A stretch of DNA of 64,000 bases from an uncultured Planctomycetia bacterium (GTDB lineage Bacteria > Omnitrophota > Gorgyraeia > 2-02-FULL-51-18): the NCBI GenBank assembly GCA_964642015.1, contig CAZXLF010000002.1:95678-159677 (forward strand), written 5' to 3'. Each line of letters starts with the position of its first letter. Within the stretch, counting starts at the first letter, position 1. Under the pieces are notes generated by a model. It saw only the letters and a list, made by a program, of their open reading frames with translations, was not told where the DNA came from and made no database searches. Positions 38,701-53,700 of this stretch are shown here, piece by piece. A program made the translations under genes and the position numbers.

Positions 38701-41700
38701 CCGGTCCATACACTTTTACATTAGATTCGCCAAATACGACGACCGTGACAAATCTTGCCAAGGTTCGTATCAGCCAGGCCAGTGATTCGACAGTAACTTC
38801 GACATCTACCAATGCATTTATGGTCAAGCCATTTATCCAGGTTACGAGCCCTGCTGGTGGTGAAGCATGGGTAGTCGATGATACGACTCGCACGATCACA
38901 TGGAATTACAAAGGCACCAATATATCCAATGTCAAGATCGACTATGATACGCAAAGCGGCAATGGCGGATATCCAAACTCGATCACTACTTCAACGAATA
39001 ATAATGGCTCCTTTACATGGCCCAGCATTCCCGATGATATTCAAGCGACCAAGGATATGAAAGTGCGTATTTCGACTTTACCTGGGTCTGATCCCTGGGT
39101 AGTGAGTGCCGTTTCTAATGGCCTATTTCAGATCGTTGGTCAGCTGGCAATGAAGGTACCGGATAACACCACGCCGGTGCAATGGCGCATTGGATCGACC
39201 GGAAATGTTGTTAAATGGACCAATGTTCATGGCTCAATTACCAATGTGTTCCTTGAATATTCCACAGATGGTGGGACCAATTGGAATACTTTGAAAGATT
39301 CAACACCGTCAGGAATACCCGGAGACCACACTTATTCATGGGATATCCCGAATAATTTCCCGATCGTTAAGAACAATTTGCGCATACGAGTCTCAGACGC
39401 AGCAAATAATAATGTTTCTAACGCCTCCACTGCTACAAGCTCCACTTTGGCTAACTTCACGATCACTCATCCCACAAGCGGTGATGTGTGGGTCGCTGAA
39501 ACAACGAATACAATACAATGGTCCACACCCAGTGCTGGTGTTCCATCAAATGTGAAAATTGAATATTGCTTATCAAGCTGCGGAACTCCTGGGAATTGGA
39601 ATCCTATCCCTGAAAATGACGGTACTCCAAACGATGGTATTGTGACAAACTCCGGTTCTGTGAACTGGACGCTTGGCACAACACGCACTAACTCCGCTCA
39701 GATCAGAATTTCAGATCCCAATGATTCCAGCAGCGTGCTGACAGGCACAGCATTCAAGATCAGAGGTGATTTTACGGTGACCGCTCCGACCTCAGGCGCT
39801 GAGTCATGGGAAGTGAACACGTTGAACAATATCACATGGACCAAGAAAGGAAATGTTTCTTCAGTGAAGCTTCAATATTCCACGGATAGCGGAACCAATT
39901 ATAGCGCGCTCGTGGATGGCGACGGCAAAGATACTCAGAATATCGATGTCACCGGGACTGGGCCTTATACCTTTAGCTGGAGAATACCCGATGTTGTAGG
40001 CATCACTTCACAGCACGCAAGGATACGCGTTGTAGACGCTTCCGACAGCACTGTGTATGCTTCTTCCATTAATGATTTTACGGTCAGAGGTCACGTGACT
40101 TTGCTGACACCGGATGCATCGGGAGTCGTCTTGACAGTGGGCTCGACTTACGCAGTGACCGGAACGGAATACGGCAATATAGCGAATGTCAGATTGTATT
40201 ATTCAACAAATGGCGGAGCGACATATCCCAATGGCCTCAATGAAGTCTCGGGCGGCCAGCTTACCGCGACTTCCGGCGGCGCTTTTTCTCAGAACTGGAG
40301 CGTGCCTGACCATATTGGAAACAATCTTAAAGTGCGCGTCGAAGATGCGAGCAACTCATTGGTATTTGCCGAATCAACCAACGCGTTTTCTATCAAGGGC
40401 GGCGTAACGATCACAGCACCCTTAAATACCAGCGTTTGGATAGCAGGTGACCCGCAGAATATTACTTGGGACCGCAATGGTACGATCGGAAACGTGGATC
40501 TTTATTATCAGGTGAATAACGGTGTTTGGAATACGATTGCGACCAGCGTTTCCTCACCTAGTCCGACGGGCAATACATTCTCTTGGACCCTGCCGAATAC
40601 AGGGATAGTTTCTAATAATGTCAAAGTAAAGATTGATGGATCGGATTTGATCGCCCCTGCAATCTCTTCGGCTTTTACCGTGAAAGGTAAATTGACCCTG
40701 ACGTATCCTACGGCTTCAGGTATCAGTTTGAGTTTAGGCGATCCTATTACGGTTACGTGGAATACCCAGGGCGATATAGGTAATGTCAAAGTAGAATATT
40801 ATGACGGTTCTGCGTGGACGACGGTCACGACGTCAGCGCCTCAAAATGGGCCTTACCAGTTTACCTTAAATTCGCCAGTTACTACCGTGGCTACGACAGG
40901 TGCTCAAGTCCGTATATCGGCAGCTTCAGATTCTACAGTTAATTCTACTTCCGCCAACGCGTTTACCGTTAAACCGTTTGTCCAGATCACGAGTCCTGCG
41001 GGCAATGAGGCTTGGGTGGTCGCTACGCATCATAATATTACCTGGAATTATATTGGTTCCAATGTTGCGAACGTGAAGATCGAATACTCGAAAGACTCCG
41101 GTGCCAATTATAACGACACCATCACTCCAACCACGACGAACAATGGTACCTTTGATTGGACAATTCCCGACGATATTCAGGCAGTTAAGGACATGAGAAT
41201 CAAAATATCGACGCTGCCTGTGACCGATCCGTATGCGATCAGCGCTGTGTCAGGAGGTCTTTTCCAAATTGTCGGCGCGTTGCAAATGGTAGTTCCAAGC
41301 AACGCCACTGGAATCGCATGGCGCGTAGGTTCAACTAGTAATCTGATTACTTGGAATGCTACCGGTTCGATCGCCAATGTAAAGATCGACTATTCTACGG
41401 ATACCGGTAATACATGGTCGCAGCTTGTGGCGACGACGCCTTCAGGCGCTGGCAATAATAAGACATATTCGTGGGACGTGCCGAATAATACTCCGATCAT
41501 CAAAGATAACTTCAGGATCCGCGTTTCAGATGCGGCAAATACCAACGTTTATGATATGGCCACTTCCAATAGTTCAATATTAGCCAATTTTACAATTTCT
41601 CATCCGGGTGTAGGGGAAGTCTGGATAGCTGAAAATACTTATGCGATCCAATGGTCAACACCGGTTCCCGGCGTGCCTGCGAATGTAAAGATTGAATATA

Positions 41701-44700
41701 ACGTCGGCTCTGGATGGACGCTTCTTTCTGAGAACGACGGAACCCCGAACGACGGCATTGTCACAAACTCCGGTTCCGTGAACTGGACATTGCCGACGAA
41801 CCGCACTCTTTCTGCCCAGGTTAGAATATCCGATCCTAATGATTCTAACAGTGTGGTAACAGGCAACGCATTCAAGATCCGAGGCGATCTGACGGTGACC
41901 GCTCCGAACACAGGACAGGAATCCTGGGAAGTTGCGACGCTGAACAATATCACATGGACTAAGAAAGGAAATATTGCCGCTGTTAAACTTCAGATATCAA
42001 GCGATGGAGGTTCAAATTACGCCGCGCTTGTCGATGGGGACGGTAAGGACACGCAGAATATTGATGTTACCGGCGTTGGTCCGACTTATACCTTTAATTG
42101 GAAAGTGCCGGATGTTCCGGGTATTACAAGCACACAGACAAGGATACGGGCTTTGGATGCTTCCGATTCAACGGTTTACGATGACTCCAATAATAACTTT
42201 ACGATCAAAGGTCGTGTGCAATTGAGCTTACCTAATGGCGGAGAAGTGCTCACCGTCGGCACTCCGTATACGGTCAGCGGATCGGTCTTCGGTCCAATTA
42301 CAAGCGTTCGTTTGTTTTATTCAATTAACGGTGGGTCTACTTATGATTATGGTTTAAATGAAGTCTCTGGAGGTCAGCTGGTCAACGTCAACGCCGGTAC
42401 ATTTAGCCAGAATTGGAATGTGCCTGATCATATCGGCAGCAATCTTAAGGTGCGCGTTGAAGATGCTACGAACTCTCTTGTAAGCGATGAGTCTGATGCG
42501 CCATTTTCCATTAAAGGTGGTGTGACGATCACCGCGCCTACTAGCAACAGCGTTTGGATAGCCGGCGATCCTCAGAATATTGTTTGGGATCGTAACGGAA
42601 CCATTGGGAATGTTGATCTGTATTATTCAGTTAACGGAGGTGCGTGGATTTCCATTGCGACCAGCGTTGCGTCGCCGAGCTCGACTGGCAACACATTCGC
42701 CTGGACTTTACCAAATACAGGGATTGTTTCAAATAATGTTCAGGTGAAGATCGACGGTGCCACACTTGTTTCCCCTGCGGTTTCTCCAGCTTTTACGGTG
42801 AAAGGTAAATTGATCTTAACTTATCCGACCGCATCAGGTATCAGCTTGAACTTAGGCGATCCTCTTAACGTAACATGGAATACGCAGGGTGACATTGGAA
42901 ATGTGAAGGTAGAATATAACGACGGTTCCGGATGGGCGACCATCACGACGACAGCCCCTCAAGGTGGTCCTTATCAGTTCACCTTGGATGCTCCGAATAC
43001 GACTGTCGCCACGACAGGGGCCTTAGTACGCATTTCAGCGGCTTCAGATTCTACGGTTAATTCGACTTCTGCGAATGCCTTTACAGTCAAACCTTTGATT
43101 CAGGTTACAAGCCCTGCTGGTAATGAAGCTTGGGTTGTTGGTACACACCACAATATAACTTGGAATCACATTGGCTCGAATGTAGCTAATGTGAAAATTG
43201 AGTACTCAAAGGATTCAGGAGCCACTTATAACGACACGGTAAATCCGAGTGTTACTAACAACGGCACCTTTGATTGGACGATTCCTGATGATATCCAAGC
43301 AGTCAAAGATATGAGAATAAAGATCTCTACGTTACCAGTAACAGATCCGTATGCGATCAGTGCAGTTTCAGGCGGTCTTTTCCAAATTGTCGGTGCGCTG
43401 CAGATGGTAGTTCCGAGTAATTCAACAGGTATTGCATGGCGCGTAGGATCGACTGGCAATCTGATTACTTGGAACGCGACGGGCTCTATTGCCAATGTGA
43501 AGATCGACTATTCCACAGATACAGGAAGTACTTGGTCCCAATTGGTCGCCACAACGCCTTCAGGCGCAGGTGCTAATAAAACATATTCATGGAATGTTCC
43601 GAATAATACTCCGATCATCAAAGATAACTTCAGGATCCGCGTTTCAGACGCGGCAAATACCAACGTTTATGATACGGCCACTTCCAATAGCTCCATTTTG
43701 GCAAGTTTTACGATCGCGCATCCCGTGATTGGTGAAGTTTGGGCTGCAGAGACCGCTAATAATATTGTATGGAGCACGCCTGTTGCGGGAACACCGACAA
43801 GCGTCAAACTTGAATATGATCTTGGTTCCGGCTATCAAACAATCAATGCTACGGCGCCAAACTCAGGATCGTACACATGGACATTGCCTACTGGATTGTC
43901 TACGGCCGCTCATGTTCGTATTTCGGATTCGAATGATTCTTCAAGCGCCATCGTTTCTGATCCATTCAAGATCCGCGGCAGTTTAACGATTACAGCTCCG
44001 ACAGGCGGAGAAGCATGGACCTATAATACACATCACAATATTACTTGGACGAAACTGGGTAGTATTTCGACCGTGAAATTGGAATACACGACCGATGGTG
44101 TGACTTACACATCGATCGCGACAGGCGTTGATCCCGCGACGGGAACGCCTTATGACTGGACCGTGCCGGATGTAATGTCCTCTACGGTGAAGGTAAAGGT
44201 CACCGACTCCTCAGATGCGACCGTTTATTCTCAATCGAATAATTTTACGATCCAGGGCACTTTGATCTTAACTTCGCCAAATGGCTCGGAAGTTTGGACC
44301 GTTGGCAGTGTGCATAACATTACTTGGAACCGCACCGGTTCCATACAATATGTGAAACTCGATTATTCGACAAATGGAGGGGGCACTTATCCAAACTCGA
44401 TCACTGCTTCTACGGACGCTACGGTACCTTATGCGTGGACTATACCGGATCAAATAGGTACTCAGTTGCGAGTAAAAGTTACGGATGCGAACAATGCTAA
44501 TGTATCTGATACATCTGATAATAATTTTAAAGTAAATGGCGCTCTTACGATTACGGCACCGAACGGAAACGAAATTCTCTCGGTGGGCTCTCCTACGAAC
44601 ATTACTTGGACACGCACCGGTTCGATCGCGAACGTAAAACTAGAATATTCAACGGATGGTGGCAGCACTTTTCCTAACGTGATTGCAGGTGTAACGGATG

Positions 44701-47700
44701 CTTCCGCCTTAACGTATGCATGGACCGTTCCGGATGCGCTAGGAATCCAGACGAGGGTACGTATTACGGATACGACCGACAGCACTGTGACCGATATGTC
44801 AGATGGTAATTTTACGATCAAGGGCGCTTTGACATTGACGGCACCGAATGGCGGAGAGGTCTGGAAAGTGGGGCAGGTCCAGGACATCGTTTGGCAGAGA
44901 TTCGGTTCGATCCAGAATGTTGTGCTTGAATATTCAACCAACGGTGGTTCATCGTATCCAAATGTGATAAACCCTTCGGTATCCGCATCGTCTGGCGTTT
45001 ATCACTGGACCATACCTGATTCTATTACGATCCAGGCGAAAGTGCGTGTATCCGATTTGAGCGATAGCACGGTCAAAGCAGAGTCTGCTGCAAATTTTGC
45101 GATCAAAGGCACTTTGAGAGTGATCACGCCGAATGGAGGAGAGGCGTGGGGCGTTGGAACCAATCAGAATATTACTTGGGCCCGTACCGGCTCGATTGCT
45201 AATGTCAGAATAGAATATTCTACCGACGGCGGCGCGACTTATCCTGTAACGATCATCGATCCGACAGATGCTTCAACCGGAACTTATTCTTGGACCATAC
45301 CTGATAACCTATCCATTACTTGCCGTGTTAAGATCACGAACACTTCGGATGCGACAGTTTTCGATGCGACCGACGCTAATTTTAAGATCATCGGTGCGCT
45401 TCATTTGACTTCACCAGTTGGAGGCGAAGGATGGAAGGTAGGCACTCCACAAAATATAACTTGGACCCGTACAGGTTCTATCGCATCCGTTAAACTGGAA
45501 TACTCCAAAGACGGCGGCTCAACATTCCCTAACCAGATCACACCTTCTACGCCGGCCGGTGGTCTTTCCTATAACTGGACGATCCCTGATGATCTTGGAA
45601 CCAATGTTAAGGTCCGCATATCAGATGCTAGTGATGCCACTGTGAATGATGTTTCTACAAATCCTTTCAAGATTCAGGCGATTTTCACCCTCACTTCGCC
45701 TACTGGCGGTGAAGTTTGGGATGTGTCTTCCTCGCATAATATCACTTGGACCAAGGTGGGATCTGCGCCTAGTGTTAAACTGGAATATTCCACCGATAGC
45801 GGCGCCAATTTTAATAAATCTATTAATCCTTCGGTTGGTAACACGGGAACCTATGGATGGACGATCCCGGATGATATTTCCGCATCTGTCCGTGTCCGCA
45901 TCAGCGATGTGAATGATTATTCCGCGTTTGATGCAACTGCATCCGATTTGAAAATCAGAGGCGTTTTGCATTTGACGTCTCCTGTTGGTGGTGAAAACTG
46001 GGATGTGGCTAGTGTTCATAATATTACATGGACCCGCACAGGCTCTGTGTCATTCGTTAAGCTCGAATATTCAACGGACGGAGGATCGAACTATAGCAAT
46101 CTTATTACCGCGTCCGTAGCAGGTTCCAACCTGAGCTATTCTTGGACCTTGCCCGATGCCATATCGACTCAGATAAGGGTCAAGATCACTGATACATCTG
46201 ATCCGACTGTTACCGACGCCTCAGGTTCCAACTTTATCATCAAAGGCGCTTTAACTGTCACTGCTCCCAACGGCGGTGAGTCTTGGATCGTTGCGACAGG
46301 GCAGAACATCACTTGGACGCGATTTGGCTCTATCCCGTTTGTTAAGATCGAATATTCTGTAGACGGCGGAGGTACCTACCCAAATGTCATTACACCTTCG
46401 ACGGATGCTTCAGTTTTAAGCTACACATGGACTGTCCCAGATAATATTACAACACAAGCACGAGTTAAGATCACGGATACCTCAAATGCGGCGGTGTTTG
46501 ATACCTCCAATGCTAATTTTGCGATACGCGGCGCGTTTACGTTGACTTCTCCGAATGGCGGAGAACTTTGGATCGTTGGGTCTTCGCATAATATTACATG
46601 GACTCGGACCGGCTCTATTTTGAATGCGAAACTGGAATATTCAACCGACGGCGGCGTGACTTTCCCGAATTTGATCATAGGCGTTCAAGATGCGTCTACT
46701 GGTACTTATCCGTGGACGGTGCCTGATGCAATCGGCTCTCAATTACAAGTTAAAATCACTGACACGTCGAACAATACGGTGTTCGATACCTCAAACGCTA
46801 ATTTTACCGTGAAAGGCTCGCTGACCATTACTGCTCCTAACGGCGGAGAAACATGGATCGTCGGACAGACGAATAATATTACCTGGAACCGAAGCGGTAC
46901 GATCAATTCTGTGAAATTGGAATACTCTACTGACGGCGGTTCAACTTATCCAAACCTTATCAATGGCAACGCCAATGGTTTAACAGGTTCTTATCCGTGG
47001 CCAGTTCCTGATGCGATCGGTACTTCTGTTCGTGTTCGTGTTAGCGATGCTTCAGATCCGTCGGTCAACGATAACTCCGACGGAAATTTTACGGTCAAGG
47101 GCTCTATTACGGTAACATCGCCAAATGGCGGTGAGGCATGGGTGGTCAATTCTACGCACAGCATTACGTGGACTAAGACCGGCACGATGGCCAATGTTAA
47201 GATCGAATATTCTATTGATGGAGGCGTTACTTATCCGAATACGATAGCTACCACGGTCAATGCCGCATCGTTAAGCTACTCTTGGTTTATACCTGATGAT
47301 ATTCAATCGTCCGTAAGGGTCAAGATCACGAATCTTTCGGATTCCTCGGTCTTCGATGCTTCAGATACTAATTTTAAGATCACGGGCAGCTTAACACTAA
47401 CGGCTCCTAATGGCGGGGAGAACTGGAAAGTGGGCACCAATCAGAACATCACTTGGACCAAAGTTGGGTCAATCGGCTTTGTGAAACTGGAATATTCTAA
47501 CAATGGCGGAAATACTTTTCCCAACACAATTGTCGGCTCAACTCCTGCGGCGGCACTCAGTTATACATGGAATATACCAGATGATTTGACAGCTCAGGCA
47601 TTGGTAAAAATATCGGATGCTTCTGATAGCACTGTGTTCGACAAATCTGATGCGAATTTTGGCATTATCGCCTCATTCACAATCACGGCGCCTAATGGCG

Positions 47701-50700
47701 GTGAGGTATGGACTGTTGGCACTTCACAAAACATTACCTGGAACAAAGTGGGTTCTGCATCAAGCGTGAAACTTGAATATTCAACCGATAATTTTGCTAC
47801 TTCAACCACAATCACCCCGGGCACTGGAAATACCGGAACTTTTGGATGGACGATCCCTGATGCGATTAGCGCCAATGCGAAAGTAAGGATCAGCGATGCG
47901 ACTAATCCAAATGCATTCGACCTTTCCGATAACAACTTTAAGATCAGGGGTTCGCTGACTGTTACGGCTCCAAATGGTAATGAATCGTGGGGCGTTGGAA
48001 CAACGCAGGCGATTACTTGGACCAAGGTTGGCTCGATCGCCAATGTCAAGCTTGAGTACTCTACGGATCAGGGGACGACCTATCCCAATCTGATCAACGG
48101 CACAGTGACAGCGAGCGATCTATCCTATAATTGGACGATACCAGACGATATTTCTGCGAATGCCCGCGTAAAGATCACCGATGCAAGCGACTCAACTGTC
48201 TATGATGAATCTAATAATAATTTCAGGATCCGCGGTTCATTCACGCTTACCGCGCCAAATGGCGGAGAGGTTTGGGATGTTGGTACCGCCCATAATATTA
48301 CCTGGACCAAAGTCGGTTCGATTGCGAATGCGATGCTTGAATATTCCACTGATGGCGGCGGTACGTATCCCAACGTTATCGTCGGTCAGATCGATGCTTC
48401 TTCGCTTAGTTTTGGCTGGACGATTCCGGATGCAATCTCAACATTGGTGAGAGTTCGTATCAGCGATGCGTCTGATTCTGTTGTGAACGATGTGTCGAAC
48501 GCTAATTTCAAAATACGCGGCGTCTTGACCCTGACGTCTCCTATCGGAGGAGAAGTTTGGACCGTGACTTCCTCTCACAATGTCACTTGGACAAAAGCCG
48601 GATCAATTTCCAATGCCAGACTTGATTATTCTACCGATAGTGGCGCTACTTATCCGAATGTGATTACGACTTCTGTGTCAGCCGGCGCTCTAAGTTATCC
48701 ATGGACGATCCCTGATAGCATTTCTTCCACAGTCCGAGTAAAGATCACGAATTTGTCTGATGCCACGGTCAACAGCTCTTCGCCCGCTGACTTTAAGATC
48801 ACCGGATCTTTAAATATTACATCACCTGTTGGAGGCGAGGTGTGGTCCGTCGGCTCGACTCAACCGGTGTCCTGGACCCGGGTCGGTTCGATAGCAAATG
48901 TGAAGATCGACTATTCCACGGACAGCGGTGTCACCTATAACAAGTCGATCGTAGCTACTACACCGGCAGCGGCGTTGAGCTATACATGGACGATCCCCGA
49001 CGACCTATCTTTGACGGTGCGAGTCAAAGTTTCTGATGCGAACGATTCCTCAGTTTTCAGTACTTCGCCCGCCAATTTCAAGATCCGCGGTTCCTTTACG
49101 ATCACTGCGCCGAATGGCACTGAGGCATGGGTCATTGGTTCCACGCATACGGTAACATGGACAATGAACGGCTCGATCGCTAGCGCGAAACTCGAGTATT
49201 CCAAAAACGCAGGCGCTGATTCTTACCCTTATCTGATCGTAGGATCCGTACAAGCTTCAAATTTGAGCTATTCTTGGACGATTCCGGATGATGCCACGAC
49301 TCAGGCGCGGGTCAGGATCTCAAATGTTGCGGATTCCACGGTTTTTGATACTTCCGATGCGAACTTTACGATTCGTGCCGGATTTACGGTCACATCGCCT
49401 GTTGGTGGCGAATCGTGGGCCGTGGGTGACACGCAGAATATAACATGGATCACCGGTGGTACGATTGCGAATGTAAAACTTGAATACTCTTCGAATGGCG
49501 GTAATAGTTATACGACCATTATTTCTACGACACCCAATAACCAGCTCTATGCTTGGGTAGTGGCGGACGCGATCACAACTCAGGCGAGAGTCCGTGTGTC
49601 AGATGTGAATGACCCATTGGCTGCCGATATTTCACCAGCTAATTTTAAGATCCATGGCACTTTTACTTTGACTGCGCCAAATGGCGGAGAACAATGGTCA
49701 GTGGGCTCAACGCAAGCTATAACCTGGACCAAGACAGGGTCGATCGCCGCGGCCAAACTTGAATATTCCACGGATGGTGGTGCGACTTATCCCAATTTGA
49801 TCATCGGAAGTACGCAGGCAGGACCTTTGTCTTATAACTGGACAATTCCGGATGTGATAGGTAATAACCTTAAAGTGAAAATCACTGATGCCAGCGATTC
49901 TTCAGTGTACGATGTATCAAATAATGTTTTCAAAGTCAAAGGTCAATTTACCATTACTTCACCTAACGGTTCCGAAAACTGGATCGTGTCCTCATCACAT
50001 AATATTACATGGGGTACTCTGGGTACGGTTGCGAATGTTAAACTGGAATTTTCCACCGATGGTGGCGCGACTTATAATTCGATCATTAATACTACGCAGA
50101 ATACGGGTACTTACGCTTGGGCAATTCCGGATGCGATTACGACTCAGGCGCGTGTGCGTATTTCGGATGTTAATGATAGTACGGCTTATGATGTTTCTGA
50201 TAACAATTTCAAGATCCGCGGTGATTTGTTGTTAACAGCTCCGAACGGCGGAGAAAAATGGAATGTCGGAACCAGCCGCCTTATCACTTGGAACAGGACC
50301 GGATCCATCCCGAACGTTAAATTGGAGTATTCATCCAATAACGGCACTGTTTATGTGCCGATCACTACAACTGGAAATACGGGCGCCTATTCTTGGACCA
50401 TTCCGGATGCTATTACCACTCAAGCGCTGGTTAGAATATCCGATGCTAATGACAACACAGTCGTAGATACGTCAAATGCCGTGTTCAAAATAATGGGTAA
50501 TTTCACTGTGACTTCCCCGAATGGCGGTGAAGTCTGGACGGTCACGAGCTCCCAAAACATTACCTGGACTTCCAGCGGTACGATGAGTTTTGCCAAAATC
50601 GAGTATTCAACGGACGGTGGCTCTACCTATAATCTGATAAACGGTTCTACCTCGAACAACGGGTTGTATGCATGGACGGTACCGGACGCTGTTTCGGGCA

Positions 50701-53700
50701 CCGCGCTTATCCGCGTGTCAGACCCGAATGATCCTGATGCGACTGATACATCTAATGCAAATTTCCGTATTCGCGTCCAGTTTTCTTTAACCGCCCCTAA
50801 TGGTGGCCAAAAATGGACAGTTGGCCGCAGCTCTAACATTACGTGGGCGACCGTCGGGACGATACCGAATGTCAAACTCCAATATTCTAGAGACGGATTC
50901 TTGGCTGATATCAATACAATTAATGCAGCTGCGCCTAGTACGGGTACTTATAGCTGGTTGGTGCCGGATGCGATCAGCAGCACGGTGAGGGTGCGTGTTT
51001 CGGACCCGAACGATATCGGAGCTTATGATGATTCAAATGCTGATTTCAAGATCATGGGTGGTTTTGTGGTTACCTCGCCAAATGGCGGAGAAAAATGGGA
51101 TGTGGGTTCTACTCATACGATCACTTGGACTCATACGGGCTCTGTATCTGACGCCAAGGTGGAATATTCAACAGACGGCGGCGCGACCTATCCTAATGTG
51201 ATCGCTGCTACGCCTAATACGGATTCCTATGATTGGCTGGTTCCAGATACAATTTCAGCCGCATTTAAAGTGCGTATCAGTGATTTAACAGATCCGGATG
51301 CGTTTGATACGACAGATGCTAATGCCAAGATCCGTGCGAAATTCACGCTGACATCGCCAAATGGCGGAGAGATCTGGAAAGTCAGCGAAGCTAACAATAT
51401 TACCTGGACCACGGTTGGAACTGTGGCGAATGTGAAACTGGATTATTCCACTGATAGCGGAGTTACATTCCCGAATATAATCACATCGGGTATATCCAAC
51501 ACCGGCACGTATTCATGGACGGTCCCTGATGCTATATCGACCAATGTTCGTGTACGTGTGATGAGCGTGACTGACACGGATGCTTTTGATGCGTCGGATG
51601 CAGATTTCAAGATCCGCGGTAAATTCCAGATCACTTCACCCAACGGAGGAGAATTGTGGAAGATCGCGCAGAACAATAACATCACATGGGTTACAACGGG
51701 TACCATGAATAATGTAAAAATATCCTATTCGACGGATTCCGGAGCTACATTCCCCAATGTTATTACACCTACAGTCGTGAATTCCAATTCATATACTTGG
51801 AACGTGCCCGATAATCCGACGATCAATGCTCGCGTACGCGTCGAATACGTGAATGACTCGGCGGTCTATGATGATTCAGATGCCAGTTTCAGGATCCAAG
51901 GGTTCTTCTCAATCACTTCGCCAGTTGGAGGCGAAGCATGGATCGTGGGAACTCAGAACAATATCACTTGGACATGGGGCGGAACGATCCCCACCGTTAA
52001 GATTTCCTATTCGAAAGACAGCGGCGCAACCTATCCCAATGTGATCGCGGCTGCCGCGCAAAATGGAAATGGGAGCGCAGGGAGTTTTAGTTATGCATGG
52101 ACCGTTCCTGATGACATTTCCACGACGATCCGCGTAAAAGTAGAAGATCCCAATGATAATACGGTGTATAGCGCATCTCCCGCGGATTTTAAGATCCGAG
52201 GCGCTTTTGTTGTGACAGCTCCCAATGGGGGAGAACGTTGGGTTACAAATGAAAGCCGCGATATCACCTGGACCACAAGCGGTACGGTGCCGAATGTTAA
52301 ACTGGAATATTCGAATGATAATTTTGCCACGACGAATGTCATAACACCGACAACACCCAATACTGGCACATACACTTGGACGATACCCGATCCCGGCATT
52401 GCCAATGTTCCGATCGGGACAAAGGTTAGGGTCTCCGATGTAAATGACGCGACAGTTTACGACAATTCAGATGCCAGCTTTAATATTGATTATTACAATA
52501 TCACTTGGGAAGTTAGAGATCTTCTGACCAATCAGCCGTTGGCCGACCTCGTGGTTTTAGAAGTAAAGGCAACGGATATTAATTTTGTGCAATGGTCCGA
52601 AGCAGGTATTACAACCAGTCCTCCCAGAGTCCAGAAGACTCCTTACGGTACATGGGTCGCCACTTGGAAAAAGTCAGGCTATGGTGATCAGGCGGTCACC
52701 GTGGTTGCCGATCAGGACAGATCTTTTACTACAGCCAACGGCAATCCTGTTTTAATGGAAACGACCACCGTGCATATTTGGGAAGCTTTATCGCAGGTTT
52801 CTTATAATCCAACTACGGATACAGCGGATGTACTCTGCTCGTTGTCGCGTGATGGTTCGGTTGTGACCGGTGCCGTTACTGTTATTTATGACGTATATGA
52901 TGGCACCACGTTGGTCACAGAATTGACCAGTTCTAGTGTTGATTCGGTCGGTTTCTTCCATCTGACAATCGGCAGCGGTTTGCTGCAGGCCGGTAAGACA
53001 TACGGTACCATCACAAAAATTTCGAACGCCGCAGGCGGAATTTTCAAGACCCCATCTTCTTTTGAAATTACGACCCCTGAGAAATTACAGCAGATGCAGG
53101 ATAAGATCAATGCGACTCTGGATAAACCTCTTTCTCAGGTCAGCTCAGAATTACAAGCCACTTTGAATGCGCAGACGACGACGATTAACACTAAATTGGA
53201 TCAGCAGACGACAACTATTAATACCAAACTTGATGAACAGACCACGAAGATCCAGACCGCTTTGGATAATTTCCAAACCCAAGTGCATACCGCGGTAGAA
53301 GAGCTTCAATCGGGCGCTGATCAAAGTTTGGCTGCCGCTAAAACCTTGGAAGATACAGCGCTTAAATTTTCATGGAAGGCCGTTGTGGCTCCGAATCCGG
53401 CTTTGAGCGGTGATACCATTCTATTGCAGACCCAAGGTCCCAAAGGCCTTTTCCCTTATCTAAGTGTTTATAACCATAAGAATAAGCAAGTTATCGCCAA
53501 CGGTTTGATGGTAGAAGATCCTACAAGGCCGGGTAATTATTCATTCGAATTCAAAGCCGACTCCGGAAGTTTCGAAGCCGGACAAGCTTACACTTATGTG
53601 GTTACTGAAAACGTGACGGGTGGTTTGGTGGCAGGCTCAGGTTTCGTTGAAAGTATTTCACTTACAGCGGTCGCGGGTCTTGCGTCGTCAGCGCCAGCAG

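Larger units (their letters stand above)
36381..43977 (+). repeat. 3.5 copies of a ~2.15-kb (~715-aa, ~8 Ig-like domains) super-repeat inside giant gene; unit starts ~36381, 38539, 40684, 42801
   Basis: each unit begins (Q/K)G-x-L-x-L-(T/N)-YP...GD..-VTWN.QGDIGNV.VEYY.GS.W; units 2-4 ~80-90% identical in protein, unit 1 more divergent. Confidence 0.8.

Noticed and set aside
43978-52495. Possible CRISPR array suggested by regular tandem repeats
   Set aside because: The period is 273-285 nt of continuous protein-coding sequence with degenerate copies. There are no short identical direct repeats separated by unique spacers, and no cas genes.
30083-53110. Dozens of 60-160-aa ORFs on the minus strand inside the giant gene, e.g. 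44462..44941, 47594..48049, 33119..33475, 41639..41953
   Set aside because: They lie antisense to a continuous, strongly periodic coding frame, and similar antisense ORFs recur with the repeat period. The pairs 37319..37540 / 39467..39688 and 41177..41377 / 43226..43495 simply mirror the sense-strand repeats. There are no RBS and no independent homology.
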